NCBI RefSeq assembly: GCF_963676685.1
Contig: NC_092346.1
Location: 68,510,001-68,574,000 of the forward strand
Length of the DNA stretch: 64,000 nucleotides
DNA from: Mytilus edulis
Lineage: Eukaryota
Direction: 5' to 3'
Position 1 is the stretch's first letter, and each line of letters starts with the position of its first letter. The position numbers were made by a program, and so were the translations under genes. The notes under the pieces were generated by a model. It made no database searches and was not told the DNA's origin. It saw only the letters and a list, made by a program, of their open reading frames with translations. Below are positions 1-12,378 of the stretch, in pieces.

Positions 1-231
1 ATTGTAACATTTGTAATTAATCGGTTCCTCACCCAACTTTGCATTCCGGCAATTAGTCTCCAATGTAACAATAATATTTTTATTATTGTTACATTTCCAT
101 GTAACCGTAGCCAGTGCCTAACAAATATAACGTCAAAACCAAATACATGAATTTGGGATAGAAAAGTACCGTGACACGTCTCATAGTAATGTGAATTCAC
201 ACTAAATTATACATTTAAACGTTTTGAAACA

Positions 232-311
232 CAGACGAAACCCGCGTCTAGCATACTAAATTATAATCCTGGTACCTTTGATAACTATTTACACCACTGG
301 GTCGATGCCAT
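232..311 (+). mobile_element. Truncated fragment of the same retrozyme-like family (3' half of the hammerhead only)
   Basis: AGACGAAACCCGCGTCTAGCAT...GGTACCTTTGATAACTATT matches the other copies. Confidence 0.6.
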
Positions 312-324
312 GAAACACCCACCA

Positions 325-660
325 AAGAACCACCAAATAGAGTACCACTTTCCGACAGGCTAATTTTGCAAATTAAATAGAGCATTCAAATAGGATAAGA
401 ATCATACGGAAATCATTTAGTTTTTGGTCTGCTCCCATTGTTTTAATAAAAAGAAAGATCTCAATATGAAGATTATTTATGGACTATCGAAAACTAAACG
501 GAAAGACCATACATGATATTTTTCCGGTACCGAGACTGTCGATAATTCGGATGCTTAAGTACCATTGAAACATAGTGAAAAGGAAAAAGCTGTGTTTTTA
601 ACTCAAATTGGTGTACTGTCTTAGTATACAGCTATGCTAATGGGATATCAATAAGCCATA
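325..660 (+). pseudogene. Ty3/gypsy LTR-retrotransposon reverse transcriptase relic
   Basis: Broken frames give EPPNRVPL..IIRKSFSFWSAPIVLIKRK..RLFMDYRKLNGKTIHDIFPVPRL..EKEKAVFLT, matching gypsy RT motifs SPWxAPxVLV, DYRxLN and DxxPxPR. Confidence 0.7.
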
Positions 661-2069
661 TAAAATTAAAGAAGCAGTTAGCATACTTCAGTGGCATGTT
701 TCAGTGCTTTTCAAGAAAGATTGAAAATGAGTTAAAATCCTTCTAGCTGGACCTGAAGAATTATTGGTAATCAAACTAAAGATGCAAGATACAAGTGCCA
801 AGGTGATGCCCGGAAACTAATAATAAATGCTATACTTTTTCCAGTGTAATGTGACAACAAATTATGGAAAACTAATAGTCCTGGTACGGAATTGTCTTAA
901 GAGAGGAAGGACGGGCGAACAGACCTGACAACATTATGCCTTACTATAGTTTTCGACCATAAAATTAAAACAATATAGGTTTTATGTTTGTAAATCACAT
1001 TATATAAACTGTATGATACAGGAAGTAAAAATAATAATAATGTTTTTTTAAATAACGATTCACTTTGACACATAACACATACTGCAACAACACTTACTGA
1101 AGAAAAAATTAATGATTATGCCTGTTTTTTTGTTATTCTTACTTTTGAATTCAAATAATACGAGGAACTGGATCGTCGTTCAAAATACTGGACACACAAA
1201 TTACACAAACAATTTTACATAGCTGATTCTGTCAGATGCTCCTCAAAACATTTGCATCTATTTTATCAGCGATCAAAACCGGCCTGGCTTCAGTGTTCCT
1301 ATGAAACTTCAATGTCGGAAGGGGTGTCCAGTGTGGGATGGATGGATCGAATCAGATGATAATTATATTTTGGTTTTACTCATATGAGCTATTCAAGAAA
1401 AAATGAAAAGAAGCTGAAATTAGAATGTAACTCCATTTATTGCTGTATAGATATCCTTTTTTTTTTTACTAAATATTGCAAAATTTAGATGAATATGATG
1501 ATCGTATCTATCCCTTGAACTTGATTTCAAGTATACAATAAATGGGTATATGCTTCATATTTTGACTTAAATATAGAAATTGGCCATAACTTTGAAATAC
1601 AAGTGTAAGATGAGAACTAATTATGAACTTTACGACAATAGAGATGATTTCAGTGTTCAATTCCCATATACCTGTATAACTACATTCCAACAGCACTTGC
1701 ATAAGGCGTTTATAACTTGCGCTTGTTCAAGCTTTTTCCGATGAAGGTTTTTTTCAAGAAGATACTGAACAATGGGTTTAGAATAATATTGATGGATTCA
1801 TCTCATCCAGCGTTTTACTTATGTCACCATGATATGTTAAATAATTGTGGAAATTATTTGTCGCAGAAGGTGATATCAATGTATGATAGCTTCTCATAAG
1901 TAATCCTGATTACATTGTCATGCTTCAATCATTTAAGAACTTCTACTTCTACTTCTACCGGTTAATGACCAGCGTCATCTTGTTAACTATTCTGTCACTT
2001 TTGGGTGTGCGCAAATATAATTTTGCTTTTTGTTGTGTTATATGTTGGGATCTGAAAACAGTTTGTGCA

Positions 2070-2365
2070 GCACAGTAGTCAGCACTTAGTTGTTGACATA
2101 AATATCAATTAATTTATATGATCATTTTTATAAATTTCCTGTTTACAAAAGTATGAATTTTTGAAGTACTAAGGATTTTCTTATCCCAGGTATAGATTAC
2201 CTTAGCCGTATTTGGCACAACATGTTGACATTTTTGGTCCGAAATGGTCTTCAACTTTGTACTTGTTTGGCTTTACAACTATTTTGATCTGAGCGTCACT
2301 ATGAGTCTTATGTAGACGAAACGCGCGTTTGGCGTATTATAAGCGTGGTACCTTTGATAACTATT
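2070..2365 (+). mobile_element. Retrozyme-like repeat fragment with a degenerate hammerhead (2293-2335)
   Basis: GCGTCA-CT-ATGA-GTCT(tatgt)AGAC-GAAA-CGCGCG-TT-TGGCGT; homologous to 18400-18626, 15110-15335 and 232-311. Confidence 0.75.
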
Positions 2366-2449
2366 GTTCCCATAAATCTTGAGATCATGTCCGGTGGTAC
2401 GAGTTTGTGGCTTGCTGCAACGTTGACCCCCTGGTTGTTGATCTTATAC

Positions 2450-3665
2450 AGTATTGATAGTCGTGCTTTTTCCCTTCTATCTCCTGCGGTGTCCACTTCA
2501 GTTGTTTCAACATATCATTAACGGATGATCTGTTACTGTACCGGTTTGTTGCATATCTGGCCGATCTCTTTTGTATTGTACCATATCTAATTTGTGTTAA
2601 TCTTTTTGGAGGTATGGATCACATAGAGAGCTGGCATACTCGATTGTTGGTCTAACGTGTTAGATGTAGGCATTTTCTTTGATATCGCTGTTAGAGATAT
2701 TGAGGTTTCTTTCGAGAAATTCGATGGTTTTATTTGCCTGTGCACAGATGTTTTTGAAATGGTTTTCCCATGTAAGGTCTGATGTTATTTTTGCAGATAT
2801 TACGTGCTCCAAAGTGTGGCTATATAAAGGGTAATCCTTTATAATAGGTTTTCTGTTCTTTGTTACTGATAGTACGGGGCGCCGAATGGGACTCTTGTGG
2901 TTTTTGTACAAAATTCAATTCTGTCATAACAAACTCATTTTTGTCTTTCAAAACTATGTGATACAGACTTGTTTTATGAGAACTTCAATTTTTGTCATGA
3001 CAAAAGTCAATTTTATTAAAAAGGTATGCAAATAAAAACTTCTTTGCATACAAAAACACAAAAGTCAATTGTGTGAGACAAGATTCAATTTTGTGACACA
3101 AAATTGACTTTTGTGAGACAAAATTGACTTTTGTGAGACAAAATTGACTTTTGTGAGACAAATTCAATTTTGTGAGACAAAATTCAATTTTGTGAGACAA
3201 AATTCAATTTTGTCAATTTTGTCTCACAAAAGTAATTTTTTGTATGCAAATAAGTTCACAGATTCCAAACTAAACTAATTTGCATACAAAATTGACTTTT
3301 GTCGCCCAATTTTCAAATTATGTAACAAAAGTAAAGTCTGTGTTAAAAAAATGAATTTTGTCATGACAAAAGTAACTTTAGTTTACTGAAAGATAATTTT
3401 GTATGACAAAATGTTAAACTTGTAGTATGCTACAAATTTTGTTAAACTGAACTCATTTTTGTTGAACAAAACTCACTTTTGTCAGTACAAAATTGAATTT
3501 CGAGTACAAAACCACAAGAGTCCCATTCGGCGCCCCGTAGATAGTACCTGACATGTGATTTATCTGGATGGAATTTCATCATCCATTTGTCATGTTGTCA
3601 TCTGCAAAAAGCCTCACAGTCGATTTAATATTTTCTGGCATGTCGTTTATATAGAAGAGGAAGGG
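2450..3665 (-). mobile_element. CR1/L2-type LINE RT relic split by a MITE
   Basis: Minus strand reads LFYINDMPENIKSTVRLFADD..WMMKFHPDK..CQVL (3660-3541), continuing SVTKNRKP..ITSDLTWENHFKNICAQANKT..RNL (2867-2660). Confidence 0.75.
2873..3539. mobile_element. Non-autonomous TIR element (TAC..GTA termini, IS3EU-like) with 5-bp TSD GATAG and an internal 20-bp tandem array
   Basis: TIR TACGGGGCGCCGAATGGGACTCTTGTGGTTTT at both ends; GATAG at 2868-2872 and 3540-3544; (ACAAAATTGACTTTTGTGAG)n at about 3056-3215. Confidence 0.88.
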
Positions 3666-3771
3666 AAGAATACATCCTGGAAAATCAAAGTCTGCTGATT
3701 GAAAAATAAAAGATTAAGAGTTATCCAATTTCGTATATATGTCAAGAAATGATCATAAAATTAGATATACT

Positions 3772-4620
3772 CGCTTTACCCTTTTCTTTAATGTTGTTGA
3801 TATAGACAACAAGACATGTTCATAGTTTATTTATAGTAATATTCTTAATTTGTTTTTACATCCGACATTCACCCAAGCATGGATGTAACGTTATCTATGA
3901 TTAGAAAAGGATTCGTGCTTGTGGTCGTCTTAAACTTGCGTATATGTGTGTGCCTTTGTTTCGTATTGAAAACATCGTTATGGTTTGACTGCGTGCAGGG
4001 TAAAGAACAACAAAGGCACCGATGTTCTTTTAATTTTGTTTTTAAATGATTGTTTTAGAATTCTTTGCGAACAGTTGATATGCCATATTATGCATTATTT
4101 TCCATTATGAATTTGTAATTAGTGTCGTTGTTTCTCAAGCGGCCGTAATATCTTGATATATGTATTTTCCAATAACATCGATTTCTTTATCACCGCTTTA
4201 CCCTTTTCTTAAATGTTGTTGATATAGACAACAAGAAATGATCATAGCTTATTTATAGTAATACTCTTAATTTGTCTTTACATCCGACATTCACCCAAGC
4301 ATGGATGTAACGTTATCTATGTTTAGAAAGGGATTCGTTCTTGTGGTCGTCTTAAACTTGCGGAGATGTGTGTGCCTTTGCTTCGTATTAAAAACATCGT
4401 TATGCTGTGACTGCGTGCAGGGTGAAGAACAACAAATGCTGCGATGTTCCTTTGATTTTGTTTTTAAATGCTTATTTTTGGAATTATTTGCCACCAGTTG
4501 ATATGTCATAATATCCATTATGAATTTGTAATTTGTAACTTTGTTTCTCAAGCGGTCGTAATATCGTTATATATAGTTCGTTTCCAAGAACATCGATATC
4601 TTTATTCATCGTATTTGGGA
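3772..4620 (+). repeat. Tandem duplication of about 420 bp upstream of lectin 1
   Basis: CGCTTTACCCTTTTCTT...CATCCGACATTCACCCAAGCATGGATGTAACG is repeated at 3772 and 4194. Confidence 0.85.
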
Positions 4621-5028
4621 TTTGTGGTCACGAGTTGTTTTATTATACATCTTGACCAAAAATCCCAAATATGGAGAAAAAAATATTGACGTTCATTGAC
4701 TATTTACATTGAGATTTAGCAGTTCTATTATGATTCTTGTACACATGTCTCATTGTTTGCATTATTTTGACTTTTCTTATAAATATCGGAAATTTCACAA
4801 AGAAATTTGCCAAATCAATTGGTATCATTTGTTTTTGGTAGCTGAAACTGATTTCTGAAATGATGTTTCGGAATGTCAAGTAATACACTTTTGTCAGTCA
4901 TTGGCACGAGGTTTCATATATTTGTAGTACTACTAATCTCCCGATACTTTACTTTCACATGGAGATAAGACTGGTTAATAGATAAGTCACATTACATATA
5001 CATACATGTATAAAAGAGTCGCTATACG

Positions 5029-8000
5029 ATGAACGAAATAGTTAAATTATCATTATATGTCTTTTTTCAAATTTACTTTTTTACAGGTAAGAATGTTTAC
5101 TCAATAGTATTTCTTCAGACCAACAATTGTTTTAAACGTCAACTGTAAATACTTCCACATTTTTATATACAAGCACAATATGAGGAAGACTAGAGATTTA
5201 TATTACACATGTGTAGTCTCTGCACATGAAACACTATCGCAAATAAACAGAATTAAGACTGTTTCTTGCAGTCTAGATTAATTTTCAATAACTACGTAAA
5301 ACAATAAGAAAAACAAGGAATAGTTGAAGTTTTGACCGAAATGCAAACTCCCGTTAATTCATCATGTTTAATCATTTACCATGCATGGTTCATTCAATAT
5401 ATCTTGTTCACCGAATGGTTGTTTTTCTGTTACTGAAATCAGAAACTGTTTAAATTTCTGTTTATTGTAAGCGTAGTATCATGCTGTTCATGGATGTAGC
5501 TACTTGAAAATAAATTAATAAATTGTAAGCAGGGTGTCTTAGGGGGTTGAGTGGGAGATTGCCCCCTTCAGCTGAACGATTATAGTAAAACTATTATTGA
5601 AAACAATGTTTCATCACTTGGTTGGAATAACTTGTAAAGATCGTCGCTGGATTTTACCTTGGAGGGTGGATTTGTCCATTTATAGGGTGTGACGCCACTA
5701 TTGGCGTCTATTTGTACACCTTCAATGAGCCGCATACGATTAAATGTAATGTGTAACTACTCACCTACATGTATGTGCAGCAGTCTCAAGTCCTGAACCT
5801 GATCTACTATCTGGAAGAGTGAGAGAGAATTCAAGTATTCCGAAAAAAAATAACGCGTCCGTTTTTAAGGATGTGTCGTCCATTTTTAAGGGTACCCATC
5901 CATCTTGGCGATAAACTCATCATATATGTACTTGTCCAACTAAAGGGTATGGTGTGACTATAAGTGTCCTGTGTCAACTTTAGAGGGTAGAATGGTCTAA
6001 CAATATGGTATGGCGTCATTATTGGCGTCCGGTGTCCACTTTCGAGGGTAGAATGGTCAAACAATAAGGTAGGTCGTCTGCGTCCAGTGTTCAGCTTCAT
6101 TGGGCCTCATTCGATCATATATAACTACTTTTGTATCTTTAATCATGCAAATGTATTGCAAAACTAATGTCCGAAAATCAGTCAGGTAATTTCTATTTGG
6201 AAATAAACATATTTGAATTACGATTAAGCAAGTGCTAAAAAGATCATTATATCCTGTGGAAAGTTCGAAACATGCCTATCCTTTATAACAAGGATTATTT
6301 GGTTGGGATCAAACGACGTAGGGTCGTCGGATAGGCGAAACTACTGACTATCCGTAACATTTTTAATTATTCTTATTTCACATTTGTTTAATTCTATTAG
6401 TATTCTGTAACTGTCCAAGCGGATGGTCAAGACACGACCAATCATGTTACCACGTCAGTAGAGATTCAGCATCGTGGGCAGAAGCCATGGTAAGTATAAT
6501 AACCACGAGGGAAAGTTATAAATAGCAGAATTGCATATCAATCATCAGAAAAGTTAACAAAACAATAAAATAAATAAAGCTATAACTTCCAAGGCATACA
6601 GCGGCCGTTTAATTGTTTCCCCATTTGTTGTCCCGGATATTTTTCTAATTAACTATAAGTACAGCAAGGGCTTTACTCATTGTTGAAGGCCATGTAGTTA
6701 TCTGTAGTCTTTTTTGTGCTTTTGTCATTGGCATGATAATTCACACGACATTTGCCTTTTTTTATGTTATGATCATAATTACATTAGTAACCGTCTTCTG
6801 CTGCAAGATATCATTATCATAACTGTGTTTCAACAAATGCTTGATATTGATGAATTTTTAAAAAGTCATTAGATTCCATGACGCATTAAAAAATCATCAA
6901 TCGGAAACTATCCGATAACACCAGAACTAAAAAGGACAAAGGTTAACAAAATTCCACATATAAAGCTACAAATTTGTCAATATGAAACTAAAAAAACAAC
7001 CCAAAAATGACCACTCACGTAACCTGGAAGGGAAAGGTTTTTTTTTTCAGTTTGAAGGGAATGCTACTAGATGCTAAGCACATACCTACTACAGAATAAG
7101 GACAAACGTAATCATTAGTGTAGAGGTATCAAGTATACTGCGATCATATGTTTAAAAAACGTATAGAAGTATTTCTGCTAAATTATATACTGTTTTATTA
7201 TTTATTGTTATCGTTTAGAAAATGTGTGAGATACACGGAAGTTTCCTTGCAAGCATTGAAACTGTTGCTGAAGACCAGTACATGAAAACCCTACTTGGAG
7301 CTCAACGCCATAGTAAGTAAATATTAAGAACATGCAGATCTGATGAGTTATGCTATTTCCAACTGGTTTGTTCTTATGTAGTTCTGTAACACAACTGAAT
7401 GAATGACTCGATTTGTCAATTCTGAAGAAATTTGATTACACGGGTTAACTGAATGAGTAACTCAATTTGTCAATTTTCATAAATTATTTCAATCAAATAT
7501 TAACTTAAAAGATTGTCACCTTAACTCAGTTCAGTGGCCCACATCTGGATTACATTGTGAAAAAACCTAACGTTATTATCAACCGATAGTTGTAGTTCAC
7601 CTTGTTAAAAATACTTTCAGCTTCCAGCTTTTGGTTAGGTGGATCAGATTGGGACAACGAAGGAGAATGGAAATGGGAACCACATGCAATTCAAATGAAG
7701 TTCACCAACTGGCACAAAGGACAACCAGACAATAGTGGAGGCAAAGAGCATTGTTTATCTGTACACAGATCCTACCGTTACGAGTTTGTCGATAACAACT
7801 GTCACGATTCACAACACTACTTGTGTGAAAAACCGTACGTACTTGTGCATATAGAAACTGATTATCCAAAATTTAGGGTGCTGTCAAAGGTTACATTTCA
7901 TTTTCATTTTAGTTTTAATTCAGATATGAAGGACTCTAAAGTGCGATGGGGACACTAAAGCACGATTACCACGTTAAAGTGCGATGGTCTGCGCTAATTA

Positions 8001-11000
8001 AAGTGCGATGCCTCTATACGCTGAATCCGATGGTCTGCGAAAGTATAGACATAAGAAACGTTGGATTATGACGTTAACAGTCGTTGATACAAACCAATAA
8101 GATTTAATCAAAAGCAGAATACCTTGTAAAGTTACAGAAATTAACAATAAATTCCTTAAAATTGTATAATTACTTTATAAGGACAATGACAAATCAGCTT
8201 CAAAGTAACAACACTTGGTCAGCACCGCAAAAGAAACATTCATACCATGTTTGCTTTCCTTCCATTAAGCGGTTTTCTAGAAGAAGACATTTGTATATAT
8301 TTCCAAAAGGGTCCTTTGTAAAACTAAGTCTCTTGTTGGTAGTCATCTTGGTTGATTGATTTGCTACAAAGTAACAACACTTGGTCGGCACCTCATAACG
8401 AATATTCATGCCATGTTTGGTTTCATTCCATTCAGTTGTTCTTCAAAAGAAGACTTTTGTATGTATATCACATATGGTCCTTTGTTAAACTAAGTTCCCC
8501 GCTTGCAACCATCTTGGGTGATTGATTGGCTACAAAGTAACAACACTTGGTCAGCACCTCATAAGGATAATTCATGCCATGTTTGGTTTCATTCCGATCA
8601 GTGGTTCTCTCAAAGAAGACATTTGTATGTATTGTCCACATAGTCCTCTGTTAAACTAAGTATCCCGCTGGCAACCATCATAGATGATTGATTGGCTACA
8701 AAGTAACAACACTTGGTCAGCACCTCATTAGACACATTATTTGCCATGTCTGGTTTTATTTCATTCAGTAGTTTAAAAGACAACATTTATATGTATTACA
8801 CAAAGGGACCTATGTTAAACTATTTCCACGCCGGCGGCCATCTTGGATGATTGATCGTCCACAAAGTTACAACACTTGGTCAGCACCTCATAAGGAACAT
8901 TCATGCCATGTTTTATTTCATCCATTTAGTGGTTATTTAAAAGAAGACGTTTGTATGTATCTAATCCCATTGGTTCCTATGTTAAACAAAGTCCCTCTTT
9001 GGCAGTCATCATATATGATGAAAAGGCTTCAAAGTAACAACACATCATAAGGAACATTCATATCATTTTTGGTTTCATTCCATTCAGTGGTTCTCTAAAA
9101 AACGACATTTGTATGTATTGTCCATAGGGTCCTATGTCAAACGTAGTCCCCTGATGGCAGCCATCTTGGATGATTGATCGCCTAAAAAGTTCGAACACTT
9201 GGTCAGCACCTCATAAGGAACCTTCATGCCATGTTTGGTTTCATTCCATTCAGTGGTTCTCTAAAAGAATGCATTTGTACGTATATTCCATAGGCCGGTC
9301 CTATGTTAAACGAAGTACCTCGCTGGCGGCCTTTTTTGATGTTGGATCGATTTTACGGTACAACACTTGGTAAGCACCTAATAAGGAACATTCATGCCAT
9401 GTTTGGTTTCATTCCATTAAGTGGTTCTCTAAAAAAAGACTTTTGTACCATCGTACTTGAGTTTAGACAATCGTACTTTTGTTTTCCCGTTTGAATGGTT
9501 TTACACTACTAATTTTGGGGCCTTTTATAGCTTGTTGTTCGGTGTGAGCCAAGGCTCCGTGTTAAATGCCGTACATTGACCTATAATGGTTTACTTTTTT
9601 TAAATTGTTATTTGGATGGAGAGTTGTCTCATTGGAACTCATACCATATCTTCCTATATCTATTTAGCGTAAACCATCGCTCTTAAGCGTGAGAAACCAT
9701 TGTACTTAAGCGTAAACCATCGCACTTCAGATATATATATACAGCGTCTAAATAGTAGTCAACGATTTTCCCCACGAGGGCGCTAGAACGATACATGTAC
9801 ACAATAAATAAATTATATAAACGCCTAAAAAAGTGTACAAAACAACACTAAATTCAAAAAAAGGTAACTATAAATATAATATACAATAAAAAAGTCATAC
9901 CGAATGTTCGGTTTGACTTTTTTATTGTATAAATTTCAAGATTGTAATAGTTTAATCTAAGAAGACTTAAAGATGATTCGTTTAACATCAGAATCTTGCT
10001 GAGGAAGGATATCTGTTATCCGAAATATTCATAAATAATTACATTTATAGTTACCTTTTTTTTTGATTTGGTGTTGTTGTGTACACTTTTTTATGCGTTT
10101 ATATATATATATTAGTGTTGTCAAATCGTACACTTTTGAGTAACCGGTTACTCGAACAATCGTTCGACCGATTAACCGGTTAACCGGTAGTTTGAATTGG
10201 TGCTTGAAAGCGCTTATCAATAGTATCCTACACATAGATAAAAGATGTGGTATGAGTGTCAATTTGAAAACCTTTCATCCAAGTCATAAATTTACGCTTT
10301 TAGAATTGAAGTTTGTCCTTTGGCATTTTAAGGCTTGTCTGTGTGGGTACCTGGCGAAGTTTGACTTTTAATAATCAACTACACCGTATCAACAATAGCG
10401 TGTGTACCAGCTTCAGATTGAAAAATTAAAAAAAAAAATTCTTGATCTCGTAGAATTGAATATGTCTGAAACGGATTATTCTTTCCTTTTCACTTGTTGT
10501 CACCTAGAATGATGTGGAGTGTTTCAATTTGAATGATTAATTATAAAAAAAGAAGATGTGGTATGATTGCCAATGCGACAATTCTTCACAAGAGATCAAA
10601 ATGACACAGAAATTAACAACTATTAAAGGTCACTGTACGGCCTGTTTCTTTACTTTGTTTGCATGTTACTCGTACTATCACGTATACATTGTGTACATTC
10701 ACATTGATTTTCATTTTGCAATTTTTGAGTTAGCATTTCGTTTTTAAGTAAGACTAAGCCCTTCACGACGGAGTTCGCACATTTAGATGTAGGTTTACAC
10801 AATATTAGATCAGAAACGAAATAATGTGAAGTAAGTCGTAAAATTTAATCGCATTACTGATTTAGAGTTACTGTTAAAAAAACATGTAAACTAATTATGT
10901 GTCTTTAAGATCATGCCCCGAGCTGAGAGACAACTTCTAATTAATTTTATGTTATTAGGATTAACAATAGCAATCAATTAACTGGACAATTGATTTGTCA

Positions 11001-11177
11001 AATTAATTACCACGACGACAATTTTTAAATAAAACCTAACTATTTAATGATTTCAATACAAATTTATATCAAATCTATCAAAATTAAAAAAAGTCCGGTT
11101 AACCGGTTAACGTTTTTGGTATTCGGTATTCGGTCGTTCGAACGGTTAACCGGTTAACCGGTTAACCGTTGACAACA

Positions 11178-11247
<70 letters not shown>

Positions 11248-12378
11248 TACTTTTTCACTTTTTTGATCTTTTGAAAAATGTTATTTGTGCTGTATTTAGA
11301 CCCTTCTTCAACGAAATTTGTTTTACATGCACAATTTAGACTTGTTTATATTTTTTCGTTTGGGCTTGTATCATATTTTCCCTCTTATTTATATGATCCG
11401 TTCATCCTATATTGACTCTTAAAATTCAAGAGTCTATCTTAAATTGAAGGTAAATTATATGGCTTTCCAAATAACGTTTCGATTCCTAACATCACTGAAG
11501 AGACATTTATTGTCGAAATCCGGATCTGGTGTACAAAAAATATATTGACACCTTATGTTTGTGGCATAACATCTTGGCCACAAGTTAATTATTTTCTGTT
11601 TAGTATTAAATTTATATTATGATCCGTTTTGTTACATCTTGTGATCAATTTTATTTGGTCTTTTGGAAAATGTTGTTTGTGCTATATTTAGACCCTTCTT
11701 AAAAAAAAATTGTTTTACATGCACAATTATAAAAATTGCGGTTTTTATCCAACGCAATAATAGGTTTGAACGTAGTTTTCAATTTAGACTTGTATATATA
11801 TATATACATATATAAAGATCTACTTTCACACTTACCTCAATGAAAATTTTACACAGGATATCATGAATAAAAACGCAGGTGGAAGTTATTTGATAATTAA
11901 GTGTAAGCTTAACGCCCAACGGCATTTATGTTTCAAGCATATCCAGTACAAGATAAAGAAATAAAAAAAAACAACAACATGGGCACTATAGTTGAATCAT
12001 CCCAAACATCCCATCTCATTAGAATTTGTTCCAAATTTTTAAATAATCTGAATTATTTTTGTTAGGTGACGTCAGTGACCCCCTGCTTGAAATTGATCTC
12101 AACTCGATTAAACTCTTAAAAGATGATTTTCGTGTGCTAGAAATAGCAAATGAGCTCATCATTTGCCAAGTTTTGTGAATTTTCACCTAACAAAATTATG
12201 ATGTTTACAAGAGAAAAGATTCATTAAGATACATTTGTAAGCATCACGTCTAACAAAGAAGTTAAAGGAGATCCTTAATTAAAATAACACCCCAACCATT
12301 TCAACAACAACATCATATTAATGTTTGCTTTTTTTTAGGGACACCAATAGCACAGAAACAGAGGTTCTTGGAAAATGA
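5029..12378 (+). CDS. Secreted perlucin-like C-type lectin, copy 1 (164 aa). Exons 5029-5086, 6401-6489, 7219-7312, 7621-7834, 12339-12378
   Basis: All introns are GT-AG with consistent phases (1,0,1,2); CDS is 495 nt. Signal-like MNEIVKLSLYVFFQIYFFTVFC, then CPSGW..SCY..SWAEAMKMC..LASIE..FWLGGSD..EGEWKW..FTNWHKGQPDN..EHC..C..YLCEK, a canonical CTLD. Confidence 0.92.
8190..9445 (+). repeat. Satellite array, about 8 units of 162-167 bp (Helentron-associated bivalve satellite type)
   Basis: AAGTAACAACACTTGGTCAGCACCTCATAAGG recurs at about 8203, 8370, 8536, 8701, 8864, 9032, 9187 and 9357, with GGCGGCCATCTTGG motifs. Confidence 0.88.
9481..9662 (-). repeat. Interspersed repeat (AGATGTGGTATGAGTGCCAATGAGACAACT family)
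   Basis: Reverse complement of 24232-24420; fragments also at about 10243, 10553, 21400, 28410 and 52960. Confidence 0.75.
9813..10105. mobile_element. MITE with imperfect TIRs of about 70 bp
   Basis: TATAAACGCCTAAAAAAGTGTACAA..GGTAACTATAAAT is the inverse of 10038-10105. Confidence 0.7.
10113..11180. mobile_element. hAT-like non-autonomous element inserted in (AT)n
   Basis: TIR TAGTGTTGTCAA / TTGACAACACTA, clustered subterminal TAACCGGTTA motifs at both ends, ATATATAT on both flanks. Confidence 0.78.
11181..11242. repeat. (AT)n microsatellite, about 31 units
   Basis: Direct reading of the sequence. Confidence 0.97.
11250..11800 (+). mobile_element. Hammerhead-bearing repeat of slightly more than one monomer, between (AT)n tracts
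   Basis: About 65-bp direct repeat at 11270 and 11661 (offset about 391 bp) surrounding the hammerhead at 11489; flanked by (AT)n at 11181-11242 and 11793-11812. Confidence 0.65.
11489..11532 (+). ncRNA. Type I hammerhead ribozyme with intact core (retrozyme/Penelope-type)
   Basis: ACAUCA-CUGAAGA-GACA(uuuau)UGUC-GAAA-UCCGGA-UC-UGGUGU. Stem I is 6 bp, stem II 4 bp, stem III is the palindrome AUCCGGAU; predicted cleavage after C11526. Confidence 0.8.

Larger units (their letters stand above)
7935..9731. mobile_element. Degenerate TIR element with subterminal AAGTGCGATGG repeats; it contains the 165-bp array
   Basis: TCTAAAGTGCGATGG repeats at the left end; inverse CCATCGCACTTCAGA repeats at the right end. 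Confidence 0.55.

Noticed and set aside
1310-1430. Possible C-type lectin exon relic (CPVWDGWIESDDNY)
   Set aside because: Only a short resemblance; it lacks the CY motif, has stops, and has no clear splice sites.
5009-5015. TATAAAA upstream of lectin 1 (and TATAAA at 14258)
   Set aside because: Only about 15-20 bp from the ATG, which would put the TSS downstream of the start codon; not called as a TATA box.
8162-9494. Series of similar short ORFs (NTWSAPHKE)
   Set aside because: Translations of satellite monomers.
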